Below, one piece after another: positions 9,700-20,271 of a DNA stretch of 64,000 bases. Location of the stretch: positions 192,001 through 256,000 of the forward strand of contig JBFWJC010000003.1 of assembly GCA_050253415.1 (NCBI GenBank). Direction: 5' to 3'. How positions within the stretch are numbered: the stretch's first letter is position 1; each line of letters starts with the position of its first letter. Made by a program: the position numbers and the translations under genes. The notes below the pieces were generated by a model. That model searched no databases and was not told the DNA's origin. It worked only from the letters and a program-made list of their open reading frames with translations. This DNA comes from Pedobacter sp. GTDB taxonomy: Bacteria > Desulfobacterota > Desulfuromonadia > Desulfuromonadales > Syntrophotaleaceae.

Positions 9700-10473
9700 T
9701 TGATAGCACGGATAACTGAAAGCGATCTTTTCGAGGCTTGTCGTTTCCTGTTTGGAAACGAGATTCAGTTGTCATTGGATTTTCTTTCCTACTTGCAACC
9801 CAATGGCGCCAAATCCGCCTACCGCCGTAAGGTCAAAGAGACCCATCCTGATTTATGCGGCCAGGATGATTCGGGGAAACAGCAAACTCAGACCGAGCAG
9901 TTTCAGAGGTTGCTGGCCTCCTATGAAGTTGTCTGCGATTTTTTCAAGTTGCGTGAAAGTGGATTATGGACTCCTACTCCTGTATCTACAGGACCGGTTG
10001 CGCCATCCTCGCCACCTGCACAGCATCCCACTACATCGCGGCGACCATTCGCCGGCGCAACCAGCGCGAACTGCTATCTTCCCCGACGTAGCCTGCAGAT
10101 CGGGTTGTATCTGTATTATCGTAAATATATCGACTACCGACTGTTGATGGATGCGCTCTTCTGGCAACGTCGTCAGAGGCCCAATCTTGGAGATATTGCC
10201 CAGCGTTGGGGATGGCTGCAGGCTCGTGATGTTCATCGTATCTTGAGCTTTCGCGGTGCTGGACGCCGTTTTGGTGAAAAAGCCGTCGGACTTGATTTTA
10301 TAACCCAGCGGCAACTGCAAACCTTACTGTTCTACCAGCGCTCACAACAGAAAAAGCTTGGACAATTTTTTGTGGAAAATGCCATTTTAGGGCATGATGA
10401 GATGGAGAAACTTGTCCAGGAACAGAAGGAACATAATCGACGTTACGGAAAAGGGCCCATTTTTTACGGCTAA
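9700..10473 (+). CDS. J-domain (DnaJ class III) protein with tandem MshEN-like C-terminal motifs
   Basis: AYRRKVKETHPD with HPD motif; Pro/Ser/Thr-rich linker; four 24-aa repeats; TTG at 9700 follows a GGGGAG RBS. Confidence 0.8.
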   Translation: MIARITESDLFEACRFLFGNEIQLSLDFLSYLQPNGAKSAYRRKVKETHPDLCGQDDSGKQQTQTEQFQRLLASYEVVCDFFKLRESGLWTPTPVSTGPVAPSSPPAQHPTTSRRPFAGATSANCYLPRRSLQIGLYLYYRKYIDYRLLMDALFWQRRQRPNLGDIAQRWGWLQARDVHRILSFRGAGRRFGEKAVGLDFITQRQLQTLLFYQRSQQKKLGQFFVENAILGHDEMEKLVQEQKEHNRRYGKGPIFYG

Positions 10474-10504
10474 TTGCCGTACGGGACGACCATCTTCAAT
10501 TCCC

Positions 10505-10544
10505 AGAAAACGGGTAAGACCTGCGGTCTTGCCCGTTTTCTCTC
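10505..10544 (+). terminator. Rho-independent terminator
   Basis: AGAAAACGGGTAAGACC-tgc-GGTCTTGCCCGTTTTCT hairpin directly after the J-domain gene. Confidence 0.75.
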
Positions 10545-10712
10545 AAATGTCCATTGTTGCAAAGCAGGATCGCTTCACCCGTTCTCTTTAACTACAGATC
10601 AGCCTGGTCACTCTGTCCCTGTTATTGGTTGTCAGTATCCGGTGGCGGTTATGACATGGGAATAGCGTGGTCCGGCATTTTACTGCTATCCGTTACGATC
10701 GGGAAAAATGCT

Positions 10713-10742
10713 TTGACAAGGATCATGCGAATTTTTTAGGAT
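10713..10742 (+). promoter_or_regulatory. Candidate sigma70 promoter
   Basis: TTGACA-N18-TAGGAT about 35 nt before the ATG at 10778. Confidence 0.5.
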
Positions 10743-10777
10743 AAGCCTCATTTTACCTTATTGGATATGGGAATTGC

Positions 10778-11746
10778 ATGCAGCTTGCTCAGAAACTGCT
10801 CAGGGATGATCTGGAACACATCGAAGGCTGCTTTCGCCAATACCTGACCTCAGATGTACCGCTGATCCGCCAGATGAGCGACCATATATTGGCCAGTGGG
10901 GGTAAACGCATCCGGCCGGTACTATTACTTCTGTGTGCCCGCCTGAGCGGTTATGGCGGAGAAGACCGGTATACTCTCGCCAGTGTTATCGAATTCATTC
11001 ATACCGCAACCTTGCTCCATGATGATGTGGTTGACGGCGCACCTTTGCGCCGAGGGCAGGTTTCTGCCAACGTCGCTTGGGGAAATGAAGTCGCCATACT
11101 GGTCGGTGACTACCTGTTTGCGCGCTGCTTTGAACTGATGGTCGATTTTTGTGATCGCCGTATTATGAAGGCTTTGGCCAGTACCACCTCGCTGATGGCA
11201 CAGGGGGAGGTTATCCAGCTTATGAATAGTGGCGATCTGTCTCTCGACGAAGAACGCTACTTATCCGTAGTACGCAGCAAAACAGCGGCCCTGTTTTCAG
11301 CAACGTGCCGCTGCGGTGCCATCCTGGGCCAATTGCCGAGCGACCGTGAAGAAGATCTGGCCGCATTCGGTATGGACCTGGGGGTTGCTTTTCAATTGGT
11401 CGATGATGCCTTGGATTATGTTGCCGATCAGAATGAATCCGGCAAGCTGCTTGGTCGCGATCTGGCAGAGGGGAAAATGACTCTGCCCCTTATCTATGCC
11501 TTGCGCTGCTGTCCGGGGGACGAGCGCCAGAAGGTATCCGCTATTTTTGACAAAGACCATTTGCATGCTGATGATCTTGGTTTTGTTCAAAGCCTTATCA
11601 ATCGGTATGATGGCATTGGCTATACCCACCGACAGGCGAGTTTCTACGTAAGCCAGGCCCGTGCAAGACTGGCTGCATTTCCTGACTCTCCAGCGCGGCA
11701 GGCACTTGCCGAGTTGGCGGAGTCCGCCATTCACCGACGTTATTGA
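10778..11746 (+). CDS. ispB: Polyprenyl diphosphate synthase (IspB/HepT-like)
   Basis: GGKRIRP, FARM LLHDDVVD, KTA, SARM FQLVDDALD. Confidence 0.9.
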   Translation: MQLAQKLLRDDLEHIEGCFRQYLTSDVPLIRQMSDHILASGGKRIRPVLLLLCARLSGYGGEDRYTLASVIEFIHTATLLHDDVVDGAPLRRGQVSANVAWGNEVAILVGDYLFARCFELMVDFCDRRIMKALASTTSLMAQGEVIQLMNSGDLSLDEERYLSVVRSKTAALFSATCRCGAILGQLPSDREEDLAAFGMDLGVAFQLVDDALDYVADQNESGKLLGRDLAEGKMTLPLIYALRCCPGDERQKVSAIFDKDHLHADDLGFVQSLINRYDGIGYTHRQASFYVSQARARLAAFPDSPARQALAELAESAIHRRY

Positions 11747-11824
11747 TCCCCCTCTCTGTTCCAGTAGTGGGAACCGTTTTAGATCCTCTCTCCAAGTCCT
11801 CGGAATGATAAACATTTCTCTTTC

Positions 11825-11852
11825 TTGACAGTCCATTAACGATTGTTATCAT
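11825..11852 (+). promoter_or_regulatory. Candidate sigma70 promoter for lon
   Basis: TTGACA-N16-TATCAT with an extended -10 TGn. Confidence 0.55.
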
Positions 11853-12009
11853 TAATGGATAGCATGCGGCCTGAATTTGGTTTTTTGAAGTTTTCCTGCA
11901 TATGCAGGAATCTTCAGCCATTTCGTTTCGCACAATGTCTCTATCCGATAACAACGTCTCTTTATCCTTTTTGGATTTCCGGATAAGTATGAGGCAAAGG
12001 GAGATACCC

Positions 12010-14400
12010 ATGACCGGACAGCCTCTGGATATTATTCCGTCTGAAGTGCCTGTGTATCCACTGCATGAACAGGTTATTTTTCCCCACATGGCCTTTCCTT
12101 TATTTATCGGTAAAGAGCACATGGGGCTTGTCGAAGAGTCGTTGCGAGGCGATCGTCTCCTTGCCATCCTTACAGTCCTGGCGGTTGACCCGATTACCGG
12201 TCGCGAGCAATTTGCAAGAGTCGGGACGATTTGCCGCATAAGTCAGGTTTTACGGTTTCCGGAGGGGGGCTGTAAAATAATGCTCGAAGGGCTTAACCGC
12301 ATTCGCCTGATAAATACCAGGCAGGTTACGCCTTTTGTCATGGCATCAGTGAGTCTGATCCCCGCCCGTGAGAACCGGAATGCCGTTGCGCAGGCCATGA
12401 TGCAGAGTATCGTAGCTTTGCTGCGGGTGGCCCAATCCCTTGGACAGCCGTTGCCGGACGATATCAACCACTCCATTGGGCGCATAGACGAATCTGGCAA
12501 ACTTGCCGACGTGTTGGCGGTTTATCTGAATATGGAAGTCAAGGATCAGCAGCGTCTTCTCGAAACCCTTGATCCTTTGGAGCGTCTCAAGGAAGTTTAT
12601 CTGTTTTTGACCTCCGAGATCCAAAAAATGCAGGTCAAGGGACAAGGCCATGCCGATCGTTCACGTTCTAATGTCCGCAGTCAGAAAGAGCACCTGTTGC
12701 GTGAACAACTCAAACAAATTCAGCACCAATTGGGAGAAGAAGATCCCCAGCAGGAAGAAATTCGGCAGTTTCGCTCAGTTGTAGAAAGTGGCGATATGCC
12801 TGAGGGCGTGCGCTCTGTAGCTGAAAAAGAATTGGCCCGCCTGGAACGTATCAATCCCTCATCACCGGAATATACGGTCGCTCGCACGTATGTTGAATAC
12901 TTATGTAACATGCCGTGGCGAAGTGGCACTTCCGATATACTCGATATCGAGCGTGCCCAGCAAACCCTTGATGAGGATCATTACGACCTGGTGGAGGTGA
13001 AAGAACGCATCCTCGAGTTTTTGGCCGTTCACACACTTAAAGCGTCTCTGAAGGGACCCATACTTTGCCTTGTAGGGCCGCCCGGGGTAGGTAAAACCTC
13101 TCTTGGCCGTTCCATCGCCCGGTCTTTAGGGCGCAAATTCATCCGTATTTCCCTTGGGGGTATGAAAGACGAGGCGGAGATTCGGGGACATCGGCGCACT
13201 TATATCGGCGCCATGCCCGGTCGCATCATTCAGGAAATCTGCCGGTGTGGAAACAATAATCCGGTTTTCATGCTCGACGAGGTCGATAAAATCGGCCAGG
13301 ATTTTCGTGGTGACCCGGCTGCGGCCTTGCTGGAAGTTCTCGATCCTGAGCAGAATGACACTTTTACCGATCATTACCTCGATGTAGCATTTGATCTGTC
13401 GCACGTCATGTTTATTACGACGGCCAACATTATGGATACTATTCCGCCACCCTTGCGTGATCGCATGGAGGTATTGCGCCTGCCCGGATACAGTGATGAG
13501 GAAAAATTGCAGATCGTTTTTAAATATTTGATACCCAAACAAATATCGGAAAACGGCCTTGAGGACCACCCAGTGCCTTTTGAAGAGGATGCGGTTCTTA
13601 AAATTATCAAAGATTATACCCGTGAAGCCGGGGTGCGTGGCATCGACCGGCAAATTGCTTCGATTTGCCGCAAGGTAGCCAAAGAAGTTGCCAAGGGGAG
13701 GGCGGCACCGGCCATTATCAATTGCGATGAGGTTGAAAAAATGCTCGGTCCGCGCAAATATTTTTCCGATGTTGCGTCCGAGGAAGACCGTGTCGGGGTA
13801 GTGACCGGGTTAGCCTGGACGGAATCCGGCGGGGATATCATTTTTATCGAGGTTTCGGCCATGGCCGGGAGTAAACAGTTGACCTTGACCGGCAGTCTCG
13901 GCAGTGTCATGCAGGAATCGGCGAAAACGGCGCTCTCCTATGTGCGGGCTCATCATGCCGAATTTGATATCGACGCCGGTTTCTTCGAAAACACCGATAT
14001 TCATATCCATGTTCCGTCCGGTGCCATTCCCAAGGATGGACCTTCAGCCGGCGTGACGATTGCTACGGCTCTCATTTCTTTATTCACCGGGAGACCGGCC
14101 CGGCGCAATGTGGCCATGACCGGGGAACTCACCCTGACGGGAAGGATATTGCCAATAGGTGGTGTTAAAGAAAAGGTGCTGGCCGCCAGGCGTGCCGGCG
14201 TGACTACCGTATTGCTGCCTGAGCGCAACCGTGAAAATCTTAAAGAACTCGATGATTTTATTCTTAAAGAAATGAACGTATTTCTGGTTGACAGCTTGTC
14301 CGAAGTGATTGCCCATACGCTGATGCCGGATCCCGAGCATGCAAATCGATTGTTCGAAGATCGCCAACCTCTGCTCATCGATCCGCATTCGGGGTCATGA
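12010..14400 (+). CDS. lon: ATP-dependent protease La (LonA)
   Basis: LON N-domain; Walker [20 protein letters not shown]; catalytic PKDGPSAG and IGGVKEK; ATG 12010 after AAGGGAG. Confidence 0.97.
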   Translation: MTGQPLDIIPSEVPVYPLHEQVIFPHMAFPLFIGKEHMGLVEESLRGDRLLAILTVLAVDPITGREQFARVGTICRISQVLRFPEGGCKIMLEGLNRIRLINTRQVTPFVMASVSLIPARENRNAVAQAMMQSIVALLRVAQSLGQPLPDDINHSIGRIDESGKLADVLAVYLNMEVKDQQRLLETLDPLERLKEVYLFLTSEIQKMQVKGQGHADRSRSNVRSQKEHLLREQLKQIQHQLGEEDPQQEEIRQFRSVVESGDMPEGVRSVAEKELARLERINPSSPEYTVARTYVEYLCNMPWRSGTSDILDIERAQQTLDEDHYDLVEVKERILEFLAVHTLKASLKGPILCLVGPPGVGKTSLGRSIARSLGRKFIRISLGGMKDEAEIRGHRRTYIGAMPGRIIQEICRCGNNNPVFMLDEVDKIGQDFRGDPAAALLEVLDPEQNDTFTDHYLDVAFDLSHVMFITTANIMDTIPPPLRDRMEVLRLPGYSDEEKLQIVFKYLIPKQISENGLEDHPVPFEEDAVLKIIKDYTREAGVRGIDRQIASICRKVAKEVAKGRAAPAIINCDEVEKMLGPRKYFSDVASEEDRVGVVTGLAWTESGGDIIFIEVSAMAGSKQLTLTGSLGSVMQESAKTALSYVRAHHAEFDIDAGFFENTDIHIHVPSGAIPKDGPSAGVTIATALISLFTGRPARRNVAMTGELTLTGRILPIGGVKEKVLAARRAGVTTVLLPERNRENLKELDDFILKEMNVFLVDSLSEVIAHTLMPDPEHANRLFEDRQPLLIDPHSGS

Positions 14401-14453
14401 GCCTTGCCTTCACCCCGGGGCTTGGGTATATACTCGATATCACAACCGTCTTG

Positions 14454-14490
14454 ACAAGTGTCCATCCGAAATCTCGGGATGGACACTTGT
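14454..14490. repeat. Perfect 14-bp inverted repeat
   Basis: ACAAGTGTCCATCC-N9-GGATGGACACTTGT between lon and the M16 genes. Confidence 0.85.
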
Positions 14491-14519
14491 AGAGCTTTGA
14501 ATAGGAAGGGACGATTATC

Positions 14520-16016
14520 GTGATATCCTCCAAAGGATGGCGGCGGTTGACCGCCGTCTTTTTATTTTGCCTGTGGGCCTCGATAGGCCATGCTCAGCCG
14601 TTAGCCGAAAAGGTGCGCGAGCATGTCTTCCCCAATGGCTTGCGTTTGCTGGTGGTCGAGCGACATAACGCGCCAACCTTTAGCGCTTATCTCACAGTGG
14701 GTGTCGGTTCCGTCGATGAAACCAACGGCGATCGGGGCTTGGCTCATTTCCTTGAACATCTGCGGTTCAAGGGTACCGAAATCCTCGGAACCCGTAATTA
14801 TGCAGCGGAAAAGCCTTTGTTGGCCGCTATCGAAGAGACGGGGGATGCTCTGGACCGTCTGCGCCGCCATCCCAATGCTGACCCGAAAGAGTTGGCCGCC
14901 CTGGAAGATCGGTTGCGTGATTTGAAGCAAAGGCACCGTGAATTTGTTGTTACGGATGAAGCTTCAAGCATTTATGCCCGCAATGGCGGGGTCGGTTATA
15001 ATGCTTTTACCAACAAAGATCTCACCAGTTATATTATTTCCCTGCCATCGAATAAGCTTGAACTGTGGGCTACGGTGGAATCCGATCGCATGGCCCATGC
15101 GGTGCTTCGTGAATTTTATACCGAGCGGGATGTGGTGCTGGAAGAGCGTCGCCGTTCTTACGACAGCAATCCCGACGGGTTGCTTTATGAACAACTGCTG
15201 GCGACCGCCTTTACCGTTCATCCTTATCGTCACCCCATCATCGGTTGGCCTTCCGATATCAGTAATTTGAGCCCGCGCCAGGCCCGGGACTTCATGCACA
15301 GGTATTACGCTCCGGTCAACACGGTCATTGCCCTGGTGGGGGCGATTGATTTTGATGAAGCCGTGGCCATGGTGGGGCGCTATTTCGGACATCTCCCCGC
15401 CGGAACCCCCGTGCCCGGCGTAGCGGCCCTGGAACCTCCTCAGCGAGGAGAGCGGCGCGTCAAAGTGGTCTTTGACGCGCAGCCGAAACTGGAGGTGGCC
15501 TTTCACAAACCGACCCTTCCCAGTCGTGACGACTATGTGTTCGATGTTATCGATCAATTGCTTGGCCAGGGGCGCACCTCGCGCCTCTACCAGACACTGG
15601 TGGTCGAAAAACAACTGGCCGCCGAGGTGTCGACTTACGGCGCACCCGGTTCGCGTTACCCCAACCTGTTCGTTTGCCATCTGGTGCCACGTCATCCGCA
15701 TACTGTGGAAGAGGTCGAACAGGCGCTTTATCAGGAGCTTGAACGCCTGTCCCGGGAACCGGTAAGCGATGCGGACCTTGAACGGGTTCGTAACCGGCTG
15801 CGGGTTGACCAGTTGCGTTCTTTAAAAAGTAATAGTGGGCTTGCAGGTATGTTGACCTATTTTCAAACCGTTGCAGGGAATTGGCGCTACCTTTCCGAGT
15901 ATGATCGGCAGGTCGCTTCGGTAACGGCGGAAGATGTCATGGCTGTGGCGAGTAAATATTTCACCAGTGAAAATAGAACGGTGGCGATTCTCGAGGCGAA
16001 AGGACAACAGCCGTGA
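14520..16016 (+). CDS. M16 family zinc peptidase, catalytic subunit (exported)
   Basis: Signal peptide; inverted zincin HFLEH; NAFT; ERDVVLEER. Confidence 0.92.
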   Translation: MISSKGWRRLTAVFLFCLWASIGHAQPLAEKVREHVFPNGLRLLVVERHNAPTFSAYLTVGVGSVDETNGDRGLAHFLEHLRFKGTEILGTRNYAAEKPLLAAIEETGDALDRLRRHPNADPKELAALEDRLRDLKQRHREFVVTDEASSIYARNGGVGYNAFTNKDLTSYIISLPSNKLELWATVESDRMAHAVLREFYTERDVVLEERRRSYDSNPDGLLYEQLLATAFTVHPYRHPIIGWPSDISNLSPRQARDFMHRYYAPVNTVIALVGAIDFDEAVAMVGRYFGHLPAGTPVPGVAALEPPQRGERRVKVVFDAQPKLEVAFHKPTLPSRDDYVFDVIDQLLGQGRTSRLYQTLVVEKQLAAEVSTYGAPGSRYPNLFVCHLVPRHPHTVEEVEQALYQELERLSREPVSDADLERVRNRLRVDQLRSLKSNSGLAGMLTYFQTVAGNWRYLSEYDRQVASVTAEDVMAVASKYFTSENRTVAILEAKGQQP

Positions 16017-17443
16017 TGAAATGTTGGATGATGACTCTGGTTGGGTTAGTCCTGCTGGCGGGTTGTACGCTATCGCACCGTATGGAACACCCTGACACGA
16101 TGCAATTCGCGCCCCTGAGTTTTGAACTGCCGAAGGTCGAGAAGTTTCAACTTACCAACGGTGTTAAGGTTTTTTTATGCGAAGATCATGAACTTCCGCT
16201 GGTGACTATGAGTGCCATGTTTGATGCCGGCAACATTAATGACCCACCTGATAAGAGCGGTCTGGCACAACTGCATAGCAGCGCCGTGCGCGGTGCAGGA
16301 GCCGGCGACAGGAGTGCTGATGAGGTCGAGGCGGATCTGGAGCGTATGGCCGCGGATCTGAGTGTGAGCAGCGAAACTTATGCGACGGTACTGAATCTGT
16401 CCTTGCAAACTGCCGATCTGGACCAGGGTGTGGGGTTGTTGACCGACATGATGCGGCGCCCGCTTTTTGAGCCACAGCGAGTCGAGTTGGCGCGCCGGCG
16501 CATGCTCGAAGGTATTCGGCGGGAGGCCGACAGTTCGGCGGTCGTCGCGCAAAAGACATTGGTCTCCGCACTTTATCAGGGACACGCCTTGGGGGCGATG
16601 CCCACGTTGGAGTCCGTGGAAGCGATTAAGCGGGAAGACCTTGAAAAGTTTCATCGCCGTTTTATCAGGCCGGATAACCTATGGTTGGCGGTTTCCGGAG
16701 ATATTGATCGCAAGACTCTGGAAAGCTTGCTGGGACGTCTGTTTGAAGGTTGGAACAGTGTGTCCCAACCATCCCCCCAACTCCAACCTCTGCCTCTTGA
16801 GCAACCCTCTTCGATATCACTTGTCCGCAAGGAGATCCCCCAGACGACCGTACTGATGGGGCAAAGGGGAATTGAAAAGACCGATCCTGATCTGTATGCC
16901 TTGCGGGTGCTCGATTTTATCCTGGGAGGGGGTAGTTTTAATTCCCGCCTGATGCAGGAAATACGTTCCAAACGCGGGCTTGCTTACTCGGTCTATTCGT
17001 ATTTTCAGGTCGGTCGACGACTCCCGGGACTGTTTGTCGCAGGTGCCGAAACCAAAAATGCTACGGTAGCCGAGGTTGTCGGCCTGATGCGTCAGGAAAT
17101 GGAAAATATGACTCGGGAACCGGTCACGGAGGACGAGCTGATTTTGGCCAAGGATAGCCTCATCAATTCCTTTGTATTCGCTTTTGATGATTCCCATGAG
17201 ATTGTCAGCCAGACCATGCGTCTGGTTTTTTATGGATATCCCGACGACTATCTGATCCGTTATCGCGATCGACTGGCGGCCGTTACCGCCGAAGATGTGT
17301 TGGCCGCCGCCCGACGTCATTTGCACCCCCGGACACAAACCGTGGTACTGGTCGGCGATCCCCTGCAGCCTGCTGAACTGGCCACACAACTGGGGCTGCC
17401 TCTGAAAAATATCGAGTCTTTTAATGGTGGTGCGGATAACTGA
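16013..17443 (+). CDS. M16 family non-catalytic partner subunit (lipoprotein)
   Basis: Lipobox LLAGC; no HxxEH; SRLMQEIRSKRGLAYSV motif; GTGA overlap with the upstream gene. Confidence 0.88.
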   Translation: MMKCWMMTLVGLVLLAGCTLSHRMEHPDTMQFAPLSFELPKVEKFQLTNGVKVFLCEDHELPLVTMSAMFDAGNINDPPDKSGLAQLHSSAVRGAGAGDRSADEVEADLERMAADLSVSSETYATVLNLSLQTADLDQGVGLLTDMMRRPLFEPQRVELARRRMLEGIRREADSSAVVAQKTLVSALYQGHALGAMPTLESVEAIKREDLEKFHRRFIRPDNLWLAVSGDIDRKTLESLLGRLFEGWNSVSQPSPQLQPLPLEQPSSISLVRKEIPQTTVLMGQRGIEKTDPDLYALRVLDFILGGGSFNSRLMQEIRSKRGLAYSVYSYFQVGRRLPGLFVAGAETKNATVAEVVGLMRQEMENMTREPVTEDELILAKDSLINSFVFAFDDSHEIVSQTMRLVFYGYPDDYLIRYRDRLAAVTAEDVLAAARRHLHPRTQTVVLVGDPLQPAELATQLGLPLKNIESFNGGADN

Positions 17444-17562
17444 TCGGCTGATCCGTCTCCGAGGGGTTTTATACAGAAGATAACCACCTGTAAATTATCG
17501 AGGCGGTCGTATGACATCCTTGGCCGTGACAATGTCCGCACTTTTGCACGAAAGGGGTGCTC

Positions 17563-18189
17563 ATGCATGGCAGCCTTGAACTGCTGGTAACATTTATCGT
17601 TCAGATGATCATACTGGTCGATCCTGTGGCCGGCGCACCTGTATTGCTGGCCATCACCCCCGACAACAGCCGATCCGAGCGTCGGTCCATGGCGTTACGC
17701 GGTTGCCTGGTCGCATGCCTGGTGATTTGTTTTTTTATTCTGGCCGGACCGTGGCTATTGGGATACTTCGGTATTCAAACCGAGGCGGTACAGATTTGTG
17801 GCGGGGTGCTGTTGTTTGTTATCGCGATGGAAATGCTTTACGGACGCACCACTGGTACCGAAATTAGCCGTCGTGAAGAGCGACTTGCCGAAACCAAAAA
17901 AGACGTTTCCATTACGCCGCTGGCTATCCCGCTACTGGCTGGCCCGGGGGCTATTGCCACCGCTTTATTATTTGCCGGAAGAGCTTCCGGGTTCAGCGAT
18001 TATCTGATTCTGCTTGTCGGTACATTCATGGTGTTTACTGTCACTTGTATGTTCCTGTGGCAGGCCGAATTGCTTGGAAAAGCGCTGGGGCGCCTGGGGA
18101 TGGCAGTGATAACCCGAATCCTGGGATTGATCCTGGCATTTCTCGCGGTGCAATACGCCATTGACGGGGTTCGGGGCGTGCTGGGATAG
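17563..18189 (+). CDS. MarC family membrane protein
   Basis: DP near the N-terminus; PLAIPLLAGPGAI; TRILGLIL. Confidence 0.9.
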   Translation: MHGSLELLVTFIVQMIILVDPVAGAPVLLAITPDNSRSERRSMALRGCLVACLVICFFILAGPWLLGYFGIQTEAVQICGGVLLFVIAMEMLYGRTTGTEISRREERLAETKKDVSITPLAIPLLAGPGAIATALLFAGRASGFSDYLILLVGTFMVFTVTCMFLWQAELLGKALGRLGMAVITRILGLILAFLAVQYAIDGVRGVLG

Positions 18190-18299
18190 TCATTAGTGCC
18201 GAGTTGACCGATGCCGATAAAGAGGTTATGCTGCGCAACGGTCCGCCGGGACAAGCCCTAAGCGACAGGTGACAAGTGAAAAGTGACGAAAACAACTGC

Positions 18300-18815
18300 A
18301 TGCGTAATTATCAGGACCTGGTGAGGCGTGTCGATGCCCTCTGCGATGCCATTGGTGCCCGCCTGGAGGGACACCTTGCATGTCGCAAGGGTTGTGACGC
18401 CTGTTGCCTGCACCTGAGCCTGTTCCCTGTCGAAGCGGTCGCGGTGGCGCAAGCTGTCAAGAACCTGCCGAAATTGCAGCAGCAAAAGCTACGTGAGCGT
18501 GCGAAAAATGCGCCCCACGATGGACCTTGTCCCCTGCTGGAAGATCATGTTTGCCTTATTTACCAGGCGAGGCCCATGATCTGTCGAACCCATGGATTGC
18601 CCATTTTGTCTCATGTCGAAGGAGGTTCCCAGGTCGACTTCTGTCCCGAAAATTGTCGGGAACTGACGGCTCTTTCGGGGGATATGATTATTGACCTCGA
18701 TCGGTTGAACACCGCATTGACAGCGATAAATAGTCTTTATTTGCGGGAAAGTGGTGAGGAGGACCAGCACAGGCGGAAATTTATGTCGGAGATTATTCTG
18801 GCTGTCACGGGGTAA
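18300..18815 (+). CDS. YkgJ family Cys-cluster protein
   Basis: CRKGCDACC, CPLL, CLIYQARPMICRTHG. Confidence 0.85.
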   Translation: MRNYQDLVRRVDALCDAIGARLEGHLACRKGCDACCLHLSLFPVEAVAVAQAVKNLPKLQQQKLRERAKNAPHDGPCPLLEDHVCLIYQARPMICRTHGLPILSHVEGGSQVDFCPENCRELTALSGDMIIDLDRLNTALTAINSLYLRESGEEDQHRRKFMSEIILAVTG

Positions 18816-18903
18816 CTTGGCGGGGTTTTAGTGAATCCAGTCGTATATACAGTAATGTAACGGGAAATTAGCGTGGGTTGTTCGCGCGGTGGAAGGAGGC
18901 ACA

Positions 18904-20271
18904 GTGGCAAACCGGTTATGGGACAAGCTTCGTAATTTTTTGCTGCATGATTTATGGCATCTGGATACCCATGAACTGACTCGCCGCCGGCTTTTTTTAA
19001 TGCGCCAATTGCAGGTCGTGGCCATTGTCGTGCGCGGTTTTTTCTCCGACGGTTGCATGCTACGGGCTTCTGCCTTGACCTACGCCACCTTGTTATCTAT
19101 TGTGCCTTTGCTGGCCCTCATGTTTTCCCTTATCAAAGGGTTTGGCGGTCAGAATGTGCTTGAGCCGCTGCTTTTCAAGGTCTTTACCCATGGTTCCGAG
19201 GAGGTTATCGGGGCCATCCTCTCGTATATTGAAAACACCAATTTTCGCCGACTCGGTACCGTCGGTCTCGCCATTCTGGTCATCACAGTCCTTACGTTGC
19301 TGTCTAATATCGAAAAGAGCTTTAATCATATATGGGGCGTCAAGGAAACCCGGACCATGATCCGGCGTTTTTCCGATTATTTTTCCGTCGTACTGCTCAG
19401 CCCTTTACTTATGGTCGCTGCGCTTTCGCTGACTACCTCCCTGCGTAGCCAGTTGCTGGTACAGAAATTACTTGAGACGGCCTTTGTCGGAGAGGCATTG
19501 TTGCTGTTGTTCAACATCCTTCCGTATCTGGCGGTATGGGCGGCATTTACTTTTATGTATCTGTTCATGCCCAATACGCGTGTGCAATTTGCACCGGCTC
19601 TGGTTGGCGGTATTTTTGGCGGAACCTTGTGGCAACTGGCACAGTGGACCTATGTTAATTTTCAGGTCGGTGTATCCCGGTACAATGCCATCTACGGTAC
19701 CATGGCTGCCTTGCCGATCCTTATCGTCTGGTTGTATGTCTCATGGATGATTGTTCTGCTTGGGCTTGAGCTGACTTATGCCATGCAAAATGCCACCATT
19801 ATTCGAGAGGAATATGGTGAGGAACCGGTCAATTTCGCCAGCCGGGAGCGTGTGGCCATGACCGTGTTGCTGCTCTGCGCGGAATCCTTTTACTCTAACG
19901 TTGGCTCGTGGAACCATGCTCGGCTTTGCTCGGAGCTCAGATTGCCCCCGCGCCTGGTGCGTTCTGTTCTTAACGATCTGGTCAGGTTGGGTTTGCTGGC
20001 TAAGGTCCAGGAACCGGATCAGGAGGGAAATGTTTACCATCCTGGCAGTGCTCCGGAAGGGATCGAAGTCCACGCTGTTTTGCAGGCTCTTCGAGAGGAT
20101 GGGTCAACTCAACCCCGCAATTTCCGCATGCCGGGACGGGACATTGTTGCTGAGGTGGAAGCGACTCTTGATCACGCAGAACGCGAAGCTTTGGGCGGTT
20201 TGACTCTTCGGGATATGGTGTTTAAAAAAATGAAAATCGCAGATACCCAGGCCCTTGATCAGGACGGATAA
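18904..20271 (+). CDS. YihY/BrkB family inner membrane protein with C-terminal wHTH-like domain
   Basis: ASALTYATLLSIVP; IEKSFNHIW; YNAIYG; GTG start after AAGGAGG. Confidence 0.88.
   Translation: MANRLWDKLRNFLLHDLWHLDTHELTRRRLFLMRQLQVVAIVVRGFFSDGCMLRASALTYATLLSIVPLLALMFSLIKGFGGQNVLEPLLFKVFTHGSEEVIGAILSYIENTNFRRLGTVGLAILVITVLTLLSNIEKSFNHIWGVKETRTMIRRFSDYFSVVLLSPLLMVAALSLTTSLRSQLLVQKLLETAFVGEALLLLFNILPYLAVWAAFTFMYLFMPNTRVQFAPALVGGIFGGTLWQLAQWTYVNFQVGVSRYNAIYGTMAALPILIVWLYVSWMIVLLGLELTYAMQNATIIREEYGEEPVNFASRERVAMTVLLLCAESFYSNVGSWNHARLCSELRLPPRLVRSVLNDLVRLGLLAKVQEPDQEGNVYHPGSAPEGIEVHAVLQALREDGSTQPRNFRMPGRDIVAEVEATLDHAEREALGGLTLRDMVFKKMKIADTQALDQDG

Noticed and set aside
18190..18220. Perfect sigma28 -10 element GCCGATAA before the second YkgJ gene
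   Set aside because: No convincing TAAA -35 at 15-16 nt spacing
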